Of a stretch of 64,000 nucleotides of DNA, positions 29,066 to 38,929 are shown piece after piece. The DNA lies in the NCBI GenBank assembly GCA_963804645.1, contig CAWDRG010000020.1, positions 13,279 through 77,278 of the forward strand. The letters run 5' to 3'. The notes under the pieces are model-generated. The model had not been told where the DNA came from. It did no database searches and worked only from the letters and a program-made list of their open reading frames with translations. Source of the DNA: an uncultured Bacillota bacterium (GTDB lineage: Bacteria; Sysuimicrobiota; Sysuimicrobiia; Sysuimicrobiales; Segetimicrobiaceae). Position numbers and translations under genes: made by a program. Position 1 is the first letter of the stretch, and each line of letters begins with the position of its first letter.

Positions 29066-30694
29066 TTACTTCGTGATGTACGCGTCGCTCAGCGCGGGAT
29101 ACGTCGAGTAGTTGTAGCGGACGTCCTGCACGTTCGAGCGGCGCACCCACACCGACAGCTCGTCCATCATCGGCATCGCGACGGCCTGGTCCAGCAGCAT
29201 ATGATCGAGTTGCACGTAGATCGCCTGGCGCTTCGCTGGGTCCAGCGTGCTGCGTCCTTCGGCGAGCAGCCGGTCGGCCTCGGAGTTCGAGTAGCACGAC
29301 CAGTTGAAGTTCGAGCCGATGTTGGCCGTGGCGAACAGCGCGTACAGCGTGTCGCTGTCGTTGGTCCGGAGGAAGATGGTCCCCGCGTGGTCGAGGCATC
29401 GGAAGTTGTCGTCCGCGAACCCGCCGATCGACTGGCTCTTGATCTGGAGGTTGATCCCGAGATCGGCGAGCTGGCCCTGCACCGGCTGGACGTCGGGAAG
29501 GTCGCCGCCGCCGCTGTTGAGCGAGTTGAAGACGAGCGTCAGCGGGCGGCCGTCCTTGACGCGCACGTGGTTGGGGCCCATCTTCCAGCCGGCCTCCTCG
29601 AGCAGCTGCGCGGCCTTGGCGGGGTTGTACGGATAGTAGGAGCAGGCGGCCGGGTCCGACAGCAGCACCTGGCTGACGATGCCGCACGCGGGGGAGCCGA
29701 GGCCGCGGTAGATCGCGCTGATGATCGCGCGGCGGTTGATGCCGTAGATGACCGCCTGGCGCACCCGCACGTCGTCCATCGGGGGGGCCTTGACGTTGAA
29801 CAGCCACAGATACGCCGAGCCCGGGAACGGCCGCGTGTCCTCCACGAGCTGCGGGTCTTTCCGGAGCTGCGCCAGGATCGCGCCGCCGCCGGCGCCGTAC
29901 CCGAGGACGTAGACCATCTGCGTCTCGCCCGACTGGACGGTCACCGCACGGGTCCCGGGCTCAGGCACGATCTTAAAGACGACGCGATCCAGGTAGGGCG
30001 GCCCCTGGTGATCGCTCCACGGCGCCTTTCGGTTGTAGTCGGGATTGCGGACGAACGTGACGTGATCGTTCGTGACGTAGTCGGACACCATGAACGGACC
30101 GCTGCCGACCGCGCCGTGGGCGACGGCCGCGACCGACTGCGTGGGCGTCGTCTTCGGCGACAGCATCCCGAGCACGCCGCCCGCCGCGTACGGCAGAAAT
30201 GGCGCGTACGGATCTTTGAAGTGCACCTCGACGGTCCGATTGTCCACGACCGTGGTGCCGGTGTAGCCGACCAGCGCCGTGATCGCGCCGCCGGGGTGGA
30301 AGTTCGGGCTGACGATCCGGTCGAGGTTCCACTTCACCGTGTTCGCGTCGAACGGCGCGCCGTCGGTGAAGCGCACGTCCTGCCTCAGCACGAAGGTGAA
30401 CGTCCGCCCGTCGGGAGACGCGCGGTAGCTGGACGCCAGCCACGGCACGATCTTCCCGTCCGGCTGCTGGTACACGAGGCTCTCGATGAGGTTCAGGCTC
30501 CCGACGAGATACGTGTTGGCGTAGGCCGACGCGTGGGGATCGAGCGTGATCGGGTCCGCGGTGATCCCCAGGGTCAGCGTGCCGCCGGGCACCGGCGCGG
30601 CGACGACCGCCGTCGCGAGCAGGAGCAGCGCCGCGCCGACGACCGCGGCGCACCACCGACTGGCTCGAGCACCCGAGCGCGTGACGTGTGTCAT
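29066..30694 (-). CDS. ABC transporter substrate-binding protein, family 5
   Basis: GGTLTLG, TLDPH, VRFTDG, GSGPF and YNPAKAAQLLEEAGW in canonical order. Confidence 0.92.
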   Translation of the reverse strand: MTHVTRSGARASRWCAAVVGAALLLLATAVVAAPVPGGTLTLGITADPITLDPHASAYANTYLVGSLNLIESLVYQQPDGKIVPWLASSYRASPDGRTFTFVLRQDVRFTDGAPFDANTVKWNLDRIVSPNFHPGGAITALVGYTGTTVVDNRTVEVHFKDPYAPFLPYAAGGVLGMLSPKTTPTQSVAAVAHGAVGSGPFMVSDYVTNDHVTFVRNPDYNRKAPWSDHQGPPYLDRVVFKIVPEPGTRAVTVQSGETQMVYVLGYGAGGGAILAQLRKDPQLVEDTRPFPGSAYLWLFNVKAPPMDDVRVRQAVIYGINRRAIISAIYRGLGSPACGIVSQVLLSDPAACSYYPYNPAKAAQLLEEAGWKMGPNHVRVKDGRPLTLVFNSLNSGGGDLPDVQPVQGQLADLGINLQIKSQSIGGFADDNFRCLDHAGTIFLRTNDSDTLYALFATANIGSNFNWSCYSNSEADRLLAEGRSTLDPAKRQAIYVQLDHMLLDQAVAMPMMDELSVWVRRSNVQDVRYNYSTYPALSDAYITK

Positions 30695-31941
30695 GACACC
30701 ATACCTCCCGGGATACCGTCGTGTGCTTGGGCCGTGGTTCGATACGGGTCGGCGCGCGTCCCGCCTCGCGCGGGCGCGTCCACATACGAGCGGTCGAGTG
30801 CGGCCGTGGATTGGCAGCCGATCAGTTTGAGGGTTCGCTCCAAGTCCTCGCGGAGGATCTCGATCGCGCGGGCGACGCCCGCCTCCCCGGCGGCGGCCAA
30901 ACCGTAGGCGTAGGCGCGGCCGATCAGGACGGCGCGCGCGCCCAGACACAGCGCTTTGATGATGTCGCTGCCGCGCCGGATGCCGCTGTCCAGCAGCACC
31001 TCGACCTGCCCGTGCACCGCGGTCACGATCTCAGGCAGCACGTCCAGCGTCGCCGCCACGCTGTCGAGCTGCCGGCCGCCGTGATTCGAGACGACGATGG
31101 CGACCGCTCCTTCGTCGACCGCGCGACGCGCATCGTCCCCCGTGAGCACGCCCTTGATGATGATCGGACCGCGCCAGACGCCGCGGATCCATCGGAGGTC
31201 CTGCCACGAGAATACCGCGCGAGACATCGACCCGCGCGTGTCGGCGAGCGTGAATCCACCTTGGCCCGGCACGACGATGTTCGGCAGCGCCTGGAGGCCG
31301 CCGTCGCGCAGGAATCCCGCGAGCCATGCGGGATGCGCGAGCAGCTGCGGGAGAAACGGCGTCTTGGCGAGCAGGCCGCCGTTGAGCAGCTCCTGCGTCC
31401 CGTTGCGGGCATCCCGCTCGCGCATGCCGACCACCGGGGTATCGACGGTAATCACCAGCATCGAGTAGCCGGCCACGCGCGCCCGTTCGATGGCGCCTTC
31501 GGCCGCTTCTCGCCCGCCGATCAGGTAGAGTTGATACCAGGCCGGTCCGGAGGTCGCGGCTTTGACCTCCTCCAGGCTGTGCCCCGAGACCGTCGAGAGG
31601 ATAGAGATCGTCCCGGCCGCCCCGGCCGCGCGCGCCGCGGCGATCTCGCCGCCGGGATGCATCATGCGGCAGTACCCCACCGGCGCGAGTAGGGCGGGCA
31701 GCGACAGGTCGAAGCCCAGCAGACGGGTGCGGAGATCCGGGCGAGGCACCTCCACGGCCTGGCGCGGCCGGAACGTGACCGCGTCGAACGCGCGGCGGTT
31801 CGCCGTCAGCGTCACTTCGCCTTCCGCGGCCCCGTCGAGATAGTCGAACACGATCCTCGGGAGCCTGCGCCGCGCCAGCGTCCGCAGATCCGCGATGCTG
31901 ACGGCGCGGGGAGATGCGACGGCACGCGATGCCCTGGTCAT
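30691..31941 (-). CDS. FMN-dependent alpha-hydroxy acid oxidase/dehydrogenase
   Basis: FDYLDGAA, LAPVG, TVDTP, IKGV, SNHGGRQLD, DSGIRRGSD and IGRAY. Confidence 0.93.
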   Translation of the reverse strand: MTRASRAVASPRAVSIADLRTLARRRLPRIVFDYLDGAAEGEVTLTANRRAFDAVTFRPRQAVEVPRPDLRTRLLGFDLSLPALLAPVGYCRMMHPGGEIAAARAAGAAGTISILSTVSGHSLEEVKAATSGPAWYQLYLIGGREAAEGAIERARVAGYSMLVITVDTPVVGMRERDARNGTQELLNGGLLAKTPFLPQLLAHPAWLAGFLRDGGLQALPNIVVPGQGGFTLADTRGSMSRAVFSWQDLRWIRGVWRGPIIIKGVLTGDDARRAVDEGAVAIVVSNHGGRQLDSVAATLDVLPEIVTAVHGQVEVLLDSGIRRGSDIIKALCLGARAVLIGRAYAYGLAAAGEAGVARAIEILREDLERTLKLIGCQSTAALDRSYVDAPARGGTRADPYRTTAQAHDGIPGGMVS

Positions 31942-32120
31942 CTGCCCTCCGAAGCCGGCTGGACGAGCGTCTCGACGGCTTGCGTCACGGTGTTCGTTCG
32001 CCGCCGCCCGGCGAGCCCCTGGTTGGATGCGGCCGAGCGGGCGCGTGCGCGTCACCGGCGGACACGGTACACTCAAGGGGCACGGACGGAGCGAACGAAC
32101 CGGAGGGAGGGAACAGAACG

Positions 32121-32630
32121 ATGGACGTCTTCGAGGCCGTGCGCACCGTGCTCGCGGTGCGCGCGTATCAAGATCGGCCGGTCCCGGCGGAGGTGGTGCG
32201 GCGGATCGTCGAGGCCGGGCGGCTCACGGGGAGCAGCCAGAACGGCCAGCCCTGGCATTTCATCGTCGTGGAGCACCGCGACACGCTGCGCCAGCTGGGT
32301 GCGCTGGTGCGCAGCGGGCGGTACACCGCTGAGGCGCCGCTCGCCGTGGTGGTGGCGATCGAGCCGACGCGGTTCGCGGTCTCGGACGCCAGCCGGGCCA
32401 TTCAATCGATGGTGCTGACGGCCTGGTCGGAGGGGATCGGATCGAACTGGGTTGGGTTCCAGGGGAACTTGACGGAGATCAAGTCGCTCCTGGGCATCCC
32501 CGAGGCCATCGACGTCCTGGCGATTCTTCCGTTTGGTTATCCCGCGCAGCCCCTCGGCCGCGGGAAGAAGCGGCGCAAGCCGCTGGCGGAGGTCGCCCAC
32601 CGCGAGCGCTTCGGACAGCCCTTTGCGTGA
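32121..32630 (+). CDS. Nitroreductase family protein
   Basis: VRAYQDRPVP, SSQNGQPWHFIVV, AWSEGIGSNWVG and FGYP. Confidence 0.9.
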   Translation: MDVFEAVRTVLAVRAYQDRPVPAEVVRRIVEAGRLTGSSQNGQPWHFIVVEHRDTLRQLGALVRSGRYTAEAPLAVVVAIEPTRFAVSDASRAIQSMVLTAWSEGIGSNWVGFQGNLTEIKSLLGIPEAIDVLAILPFGYPAQPLGRGKKRRKPLAEVAHRERFGQPFA

Positions 32631-33168
32631 CGAGTATTTCCTGAGGACCGCCCGCCTGGGGTTCCGGTGCTGGACCGCCGACGATCTACCGCTCGCGCTT
32701 GCCCTGTGGGGCGATCCCGCCGTGACCCGGCTCATCGGCGGTCCGTTCTCAGGCGCGCAGATCTGGGAGCGGCTGCAGGCGGAGATCGCGGCGATGGCCG
32801 CGCATCGCGTACAGTACTGGCCGATCTTCCTGCTGAGCGGCGGGGCGCACGTCGGGTGCTGCGGGCTGCGGGTCTACGATCTGAGCGAGGAGATCTACGA
32901 GCTCGGATTCCACCTTCGGGCGCCCTACTGGGGACAGCGGTTCGCCGTGGAGGCCGGCCGGGCCGTCATCGAGTTCGCGTTTACGGGGCTGCGCGCGCGC
33001 GGTCTCTTTGCCGGACATCATCCGGCCAACACCGCGTCGCGGGTGGTGCTGGAGCGGCTCGGGTTTCGTCTGACCCACGAGGAGTTCTACGCGCCGACGG
33101 GTCTCACGCATCCGTCGTACCGGCTGACGCCGCCGTCCGGCGCCGCAAAGACGCGTTCGTCGGGGTGA
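32623..33168 (+). CDS. GNAT (RimJ/RimL-like) acetyltransferase
   Basis: LRTARL, VGCCGL, ELGFHL...WGQRFAVEA and NTASRVVLERLGF. Confidence 0.87.
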   Translation: MRDEYFLRTARLGFRCWTADDLPLALALWGDPAVTRLIGGPFSGAQIWERLQAEIAAMAAHRVQYWPIFLLSGGAHVGCCGLRVYDLSEEIYELGFHLRAPYWGQRFAVEAGRAVIEFAFTGLRARGLFAGHHPANTASRVVLERLGFRLTHEEFYAPTGLTHPSYRLTPPSGAAKTRSSG

Positions 33169-33257
33169 CTCGGTGCGCGTCACGCGCGCGGCGGGAGGCC
33201 CCCGCGGAGGGCGTCCCGCTCATGCGCGCGACGTTCGACGCGGCGTGGGACCCGCGA

Positions 33258-33569
33258 TCACCTCCAGCGTCCTTCGACCCAGACCCAGCCGCCGCCGCGG
33301 ATCATCCAGGCGCCGCCGACCCACACGGCCCCGGGATGGGGGCGCTTGGTCCAGTATCCGTGCTCCCACACCCATCGGCCCCGCCAGTCCCAGTGTCCGG
33401 CGATCCACGTCCACTCGGGCCCCGGCGCGGGGGAAGCCGTTTCCACGATGACGGCCGGCGGCGCGGACGGCGCGATGATGAGGGCAAACGCCGATGCGTT
33501 CGTCGCTCCGATCAGCGCACCGCCGGCGAGCGCCAGCGCGAGGGCGAGTGCGAGGTATCCCTGTTTCAC
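33258..33569 (-). CDS. Secreted YXWGXW-repeat protein
   Basis: Signal peptide; PGPEWTWIAGHWDW, WVWEHGYW, WVGGAW and WVWVEGRWR. Confidence 0.85.
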   Translation of the reverse strand: MKQGYLALALALALAGGALIGATNASAFALIIAPSAPPAVIVETASPAPGPEWTWIAGHWDWRGRWVWEHGYWTKRPHPGAVWVGGAWMIRGGGWVWVEGRWR

Positions 33570-33791
33570 AGCGTGTCCTCCTTTCCGGCGGCGCCCGCGC
33601 TGATCCCGCGGATGCGCGCCGAGGGATGTCTGTCGCCTCTTCAAGCGACGCGCGGGTCCGTGGAGTTCCCGCGGGAGCGACCGCGGGAGAGGGGCGGATG
33701 CATGGATCGACGAACGACACCGGCGCCCCGCGCGTGCATCGCGGCCCCGACGCGGGGCGGCGGCCGTGCGGCCCGAGATGGAGGCGGCTCA

Positions 33792-34454
33792 GTGAGCGAG
33801 CGGGTGCTCCTGTCTTGGAGCGGCGGGAAAGATAGCAGCCTCACGTTGGCCGAGTTGCTCGCCGACCCGACGCGGTCGGTCGCGGCGCTGCTGACCACCG
33901 TTACCGAAGGGTACGACCGGATCAGCATGCACGGCGTGCGGCGTACGCTGCTGCTGCAGCAGGCCGACGCACTCGGGCTTCCCCTGAACGTGGTCACGAT
34001 TCCACAGCGTGCCACCAACGCGGTGTACGAGTCCGCGATGGAGGCCGCGTTTGACCGGTTTCGCGCGGAGGGAGTCACGACCGTTGCGTTCGGCGATCTG
34101 TTTCTGGCCGACGTGCGCGGCTACCGGGAAGCCTGGCTGGCCCGGGTGGGGATGACGCCGATCTTTCCGATCTGGGACCGGGACACGCGCGAGCTCGCGC
34201 GGGGATTCATCGATCGGGGATTCCGGGCGATTCTGACCTGCGTCGATACCCGCGTCCTCGACGCGTCGTTCGCCGGCCGGCCGTTCGATCGGGCGCTGCT
34301 GGCCGACCTGCCAGAGACCGTCGATCCGTGCGGCGAAAACGGTGAGTTTCACACGTTTGTCGTCGACGGACCGATGTTCCGCCGGAGTGTGCCCGTCGTC
34401 CTGGGACCGGCCGTGCAGCGCGAGTCCTGGTGCTTCCGCGATTTGCTACCGTGA
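33792..34454 (+). CDS. PP-loop ATPase, diphthine-ammonia ligase (Dph6/MJ0570)-like
   Basis: SWSGGKDS, RISMHG, FGDLFL and DPCGENGEFHT. Confidence 0.9.
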   Translation: MSERVLLSWSGGKDSSLTLAELLADPTRSVAALLTTVTEGYDRISMHGVRRTLLLQQADALGLPLNVVTIPQRATNAVYESAMEAAFDRFRAEGVTTVAFGDLFLADVRGYREAWLARVGMTPIFPIWDRDTRELARGFIDRGFRAILTCVDTRVLDASFAGRPFDRALLADLPETVDPCGENGEFHTFVVDGPMFRRSVPVVLGPAVQRESWCFRDLLP

Positions 34455-35698
34455 GCGCGACCATCCTCCCGAGTGCCGAAGAATCGCCAGGCACTGGGTC
34501 GACGCCGGCCGCGGGGCCGGGACCGCGCCGGGGCGGCGCAGGGTTCACGCTGCTGCTCGGGGCCCTGACCGCGTTCGGACCGATGTCGATCGACATGTAC
34601 CTGCCCGCGCTGCCCGCGATCGCCGACAGTCTGCACTCGAGCGCGGGCGGCGCGCAGCTGACGCTGAGCGCGTTTTTCGTCGGGTTCGGCGGCGGGCAGC
34701 TGGTGTACGGTCCGATCTCCGACCGGTGGGGCCGGAGGCTGCCGATGCTTGGCGGCATCGTCCTCTATATCGTCGCCAGCTCCCTGTGCGCGGCCGCATC
34801 CGGGGTGGGCGCGCTGACGGCGTTCCGGCTGCTGCAGGGGCTCGGCGCGTGCTCCGGGCCGTTGATCGCGCGGGCGATGGTCCGAGATCTGTACGATCGC
34901 GACCGCGGCGCGTCGATGCTGTCGCTCATGGTGCTGATCATGGGCGCGGCCCCGCTGCTGGCGCCGCTGTTGGGCGGTCAGCTCCTTCTCGTGGCCGGCT
35001 GGCGGTCGATCTTCGCCGCGCAGACCGGCTTCGGGCTGTTGTGCCTGCTCGGCGGATGGGTCGGCGGCTTCGAGACGCTGGAGATCGCGAAGCGGTCGGG
35101 GGCCGGCGCGGGCGAGATGCTCGCGCGCTACCGCGCGCTGCTGACCGACCGCGCCTATCTCGGGTACACGATCAGCTGCGGGGCGGCATTCTCGGGGATG
35201 TTCGCCTATTTCGCCGGCTCGCCGTTCGTGTTCATTCAGCTCTATCGGGTGCCGCCCCAGCACTATGGATTTCTGTTCGCGGTGAACGTGGTCGGGCTGA
35301 TGGCCGGTGCGGCGCTGAACAGCGGGCTGGTCCTCCGCTACGGCACCGACCGGCTGCTGCGGTACGGAGTCTACGCGGTCGCGGCGGCGGGCGGGGTGCT
35401 GCTCGTCACGGCCATCACCGGCGCGGGCGGGTTGGCGGGGCTGGTCATCCCGCTCGCCGTGTACATCTCGTCCCTGAGCTTCGTGGGCGCCAACGCGATG
35501 GCGGGGGCGTTGAGCCGGTTTCGCCACGTGGCGGGCACCGCCTCGGCGCTCGCCGGCACGATCCAGTTTACCCTCGCCGCGCTGGCCGGCCTGGCCGTCG
35601 GCGCGCTGAATACCGGGACCGCGCTGCCCATGGCGGCGGTGATCGCGGCGGCCGGCGTGGTCAGCCTCGCGACGCACCGCGCGCTCGTGCGCGCCTGA
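34451..35698 (+). CDS. Bcr/CflA-family MFS drug-efflux transporter
   Basis: IDMYLPALP, GPISDRWGRR, RLLQG and ARAMVRD; GTGA overlap with the upstream gene. Confidence 0.92.
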   Translation: MSATILPSAEESPGTGSTPAAGPGPRRGGAGFTLLLGALTAFGPMSIDMYLPALPAIADSLHSSAGGAQLTLSAFFVGFGGGQLVYGPISDRWGRRLPMLGGIVLYIVASSLCAAASGVGALTAFRLLQGLGACSGPLIARAMVRDLYDRDRGASMLSLMVLIMGAAPLLAPLLGGQLLLVAGWRSIFAAQTGFGLLCLLGGWVGGFETLEIAKRSGAGAGEMLARYRALLTDRAYLGYTISCGAAFSGMFAYFAGSPFVFIQLYRVPPQHYGFLFAVNVVGLMAGAALNSGLVLRYGTDRLLRYGVYAVAAAGGVLLVTAITGAGGLAGLVIPLAVYISSLSFVGANAMAGALSRFRHVAGTASALAGTIQFTLAALAGLAVGALNTGTALPMAAVIAAAGVVSLATHRALVRA

Positions 35699-35798
35699 GG
35701 CCGTGCATCCGGTGGGACGTCGTGCGATCGTTGAGGAACGAGCGGATCCGAGGCTGGGGTTGGGGCGCCGGTGACGCCAGGTCAGGTCGCGGTACGTG

Positions 35799-36488
35799 TT
35801 ACCGCCCGATTGACGCGCACTCGCTGCAGCATCCTACGCGGCCGCTGCGGGCCGCACCGAAGGCCTCGCGCGTCTCCGGGACGAGCCAGTACAGGAAGCC
35901 GAGCGCGGCGAGGGGCTCCGCCCACCACCACCCGAGCATGAGATGCAGGCCGAGTCCCGCCAGCAGCGCTCCCGCCATGGCCGCGCACGTGAGCGAGCAG
36001 GCGGCGTCGCCCCGGAGCGCGGCGCTGTCAATCCGCGAGGCGACGCGGCGCTTCGCTCTGGCCAGGAAGGGCATGCCGATCACCGCGGCGATCGCGATGA
36101 CGAGGCCGGGGAGCGATCCATCCGGTTTCGCGCCCGTGAGCAGCGTCCACGCCGCCATCGCGACGATGTAGACGCAGAGCAGGGCGAGCGATCCTGAGAC
36201 GATCCACGCCGCGGCGCGCTCGGCACGCTCGACGCGGTCGAGCCGGCCGCCGGCCGCGTCGACCGAGAGCCGCCACAAGAGCACGCCCCCGCTCACGAGT
36301 TCAATGACGCTGTCCAGGCCGAACGCGGTCAGGAGCCCGCTGCGGGCGGCGACCCCTGCCCACAGCGCGACCACGGCCTCGACCACCATCCAGACGATCG
36401 TGAGCTGCTCGAGGCGCACGCCGGCCCGCACCGCCGCGATGCGCGAGTCGGTAGGGGCGTGCGGCAGAACGATCAGAGGGGTATGCAC
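35799..36488 (-). CDS. Cation-efflux (CDF-like) membrane protein
   Basis: FGLDSVIE, SAALRGDA and GWWWAEP; C-terminal CCSEC. Confidence 0.8.
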   Translation of the reverse strand: MHTPLIVLPHAPTDSRIAAVRAGVRLEQLTIVWMVVEAVVALWAGVAARSGLLTAFGLDSVIELVSGGVLLWRLSVDAAGGRLDRVERAERAAAWIVSGSLALLCVYIVAMAAWTLLTGAKPDGSLPGLVIAIAAVIGMPFLARAKRRVASRIDSAALRGDAACSLTCAAMAGALLAGLGLHLMLGWWWAEPLAALGFLYWLVPETREAFGAARSGRVGCCSECASIGR

Positions 36489-36612
36489 GCGCTTCGCAGA
36501 CCTCCGCCGCCGTCGCGCAGGGTCGGGCCGCGCGAGGCTGTAATTCGTATTATACCGCGACGTAGCCCGAGTTCGCGCCGGAGGGTCGGCGCACGTCGTG
36601 CCGGGGGCGCGG

Positions 36613-37191
36613 TTACTTGACCCTGAAGCTCTTGAGCATGCTGACGAACGTCGGTTCCAGTTGATTGAAGGCGGACGCCGGTGCCTGGTACCCGCGGTAG
36701 CTGAACTCCGTATATCCCTGCCCGGTCACCTGTTTCGCGTCGATCTCGCTGTAGCCCCGCATCGCGACTTTGCGTGGGTTGGTCCACGTGAGGACGACCT
36801 GCGCCACCGTGGTCTGCGCGTCAATCTTCCGCTGGCGCCCCGTGGCGATCTTGAGATCGGGATCGCCCTTGGCCTTCGACTGGAGGAACGCCTTCATGAT
36901 CTCGCTCGCGTCGACCTCGCCCTTCCACGCGGTGGTCGGAAGCCACACCGCGAGCGCGGTGCCTTCATCAGGGTCGTCCAAGTAAAACGTCGTCAAGCCG
37001 CTGGCTTGGCTCTTGACGTGCCAGGCGGGCGGGTACTGGATGGTAAAGCGCTTGGCCGGAGCCGTGTAGGTCTTCATGGCGGCGGGAGACGCGGCGCGTG
37101 CCGCGGACGCGCCGTAGCACATCGCAAGCAGCGCGACAAAGCACGCCATGCCGACCAGTCGTCGTAGGATGCCGTGTGGTAGGTGAGTCAC
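36613..37191 (-). CDS. Secreted protein, PsbP/DcrB-like fold
   Basis: Signal peptide; FTIQYPPAWHV; ends FNQLEPTFVSMLKSFRVK. Start uncertain. Confidence 0.65.
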   Translation of the reverse strand: MTHLPHGILRRLVGMACFVALLAMCYGASAARAASPAAMKTYTAPAKRFTIQYPPAWHVKSQASGLTTFYLDDPDEGTALAVWLPTTAWKGEVDASEIMKAFLQSKAKGDPDLKIATGRQRKIDAQTTVAQVVLTWTNPRKVAMRGYSEIDAKQVTGQGYTEFSYRGYQAPASAFNQLEPTFVSMLKSFRVK

Positions 37192-37337
37192 GGAGTTCCT
37201 CCAGTCGCGCTGCGCGCCGGCCAGCCTCTCCGACGTCGGCTGCAATCTCCTTCGTGCGCGGGAGGCGGCATCCCTGGCCCGTGTACCGAGGCTCCCGCGA
37301 GGACGCGCTCTTGAGGGACGCGAAGGACTGTACCGTC

Positions 37338-38891
37338 ATGGCGCCGCTGACGGTGGGAGGAACAGGGCTGGTCGCACTGGCCGTCCTGTGCGTGGTCGGC
37401 TTGACGCTCGTCTACGTCCTGCTCCTGTGGCTCGCCGACCCCTATGAGCGGGATCCGATCAATCACGTCATCGTCCTGCTGGCGCTCGGCGCCTCGGTGC
37501 CGCCGCTCCTGACCCGCCTCGCGGAGGCCGCGTTCGGCTTGCCCGCGTCCATTTTTCCCACGCTGCTGCAGCCGTACGCGCTCACGCCGCTGAGCGTGTG
37601 GACCGGCCTCATCGAGGAGGCGGCGAAAGCGTTGGTCGTGTTGGGGGCGTTCGCGCTGCTGCGGCGCGGGATCCACGATACGCTCGACGGCATCGTGGTC
37701 GGCGCCGTCGTCGGCGCCGGCTTCGCCCTCGCCGAGGGGCTCGTGTACGTGGAGGATCTGGCGCCGGTCGCGCGGATCGCGCACGTCGCGCCCGGCGTGC
37801 CGTTCGCCCTATTTGCCGCCGGGCTCAGCCAGTGCGCGTTCACCGCGGTGTTCGGCGCGTGCCTCGGGTACGTGCGCGACAGCGCGCCGCGACGCTGGCT
37901 CATCCCGGTGCTCGGGTTTGCCACGGCGGCGGTCTATCACACGGCCTACGTCGGTCTCGACACGCTGGCCAGCAGCGTCCTCCCCAGCGCGGTCGCGGGC
38001 GCGGCCGGGATCGCCCGGGCGTACGCGGATTGGATCGGCGGCCTGCTGGTGATCGCCGCGGTGGGCTGGGCGTGGGAGCGGGAGCGCCGCATCATGCAGG
38101 CGACGCTGCCTGAAGAGATCGCGACCGGGGCGGTGACGCCGTCGGAATTCGCGTCTCTGACCACCCTCGATCGTCTCGGCCGCCCGTTTCACGCCGTGCT
38201 CGGCGAACGCTCGGCGGCCTGGCAGGGCGCGCGCGCAGTGTATGCGGCGCAGATCCGGCTGGCCTTTGCGAAGTGGCGCCGCCGCCGCGGGGCCGGGATC
38301 GACGACGAGGTGTCACGCGCGCGGGACGAGATCGGCCGGCTCCGCGGACGGGGTCTGCAAGCCGCCCCGGGGCGTCCGCCGATTCCGGAGGCGGCCTCGC
38401 TCGGGCGGGTCCTGCCGCGGGGGGTCGGCGCCGCCTGTGCGTGCGTGACGCTGCTCGCCGCGGGCGCCGTGATCCTCACGCAGCTCGGCGTCATCACCCC
38501 GGGGATCGGTCCCGGGACGCGGGCCGGACGGACGCCGCCGTCGACGCGCGGCCTCCTCATCTCTCTGGTTTTGGAGAGACTCGACCGGACCCACACGCCG
38601 GTGCAGCAGACCAATCTGTTTGAGATCGGCGACCTCGTGGGCGCAACCGCTACGATCGTGGCGGTGCCCGAGCCGCTGCGCGCACAGGCGATCTGGCTCA
38701 GAGCGGGCCAGGACACCGCGATTCCGATCAGCGATCTGGAGACGCTCGCGATCGGCCCGGACGCCGCCGGGCAGTCCAAGACGTACGAGCTGGCGGGGGC
38801 GCCGGCCGGGACCTACCTGTTTTTGATCGCGCAGCCGGGCGCCGGCCGCGAGCTGCACCAAGTCGTGGTCCAGAGGTTCTTCGTCCAGTAG
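37338..38891 (+). CDS. PrsW-family intramembrane protease homologue with C-terminal extension
   Basis: DPYERDP, IEEAAK, DGIVVGAVVGAGFALAE and YH. Confidence 0.8.
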   Translation: MAPLTVGGTGLVALAVLCVVGLTLVYVLLLWLADPYERDPINHVIVLLALGASVPPLLTRLAEAAFGLPASIFPTLLQPYALTPLSVWTGLIEEAAKALVVLGAFALLRRGIHDTLDGIVVGAVVGAGFALAEGLVYVEDLAPVARIAHVAPGVPFALFAAGLSQCAFTAVFGACLGYVRDSAPRRWLIPVLGFATAAVYHTAYVGLDTLASSVLPSAVAGAAGIARAYADWIGGLLVIAAVGWAWERERRIMQATLPEEIATGAVTPSEFASLTTLDRLGRPFHAVLGERSAAWQGARAVYAAQIRLAFAKWRRRRGAGIDDEVSRARDEIGRLRGRGLQAAPGRPPIPEAASLGRVLPRGVGAACACVTLLAAGAVILTQLGVITPGIGPGTRAGRTPPSTRGLLISLVLERLDRTHTPVQQTNLFEIGDLVGATATIVAVPEPLRAQAIWLRAGQDTAIPISDLETLAIGPDAAGQSKTYELAGAPAGTYLFLIAQPGAGRELHQVVVQRFFVQ

Positions 38892-38929
38892 CGGTGCGCG
38901 GCCGCCGATCCGTCCGCGCCGCCCCGCGG

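Noticed and set aside
30691..31941. Mycofactocin mftD assignment
   Set aside because: No mftA/B/C/E genes nearby; only the general alpha-hydroxy acid oxidase family is supported.
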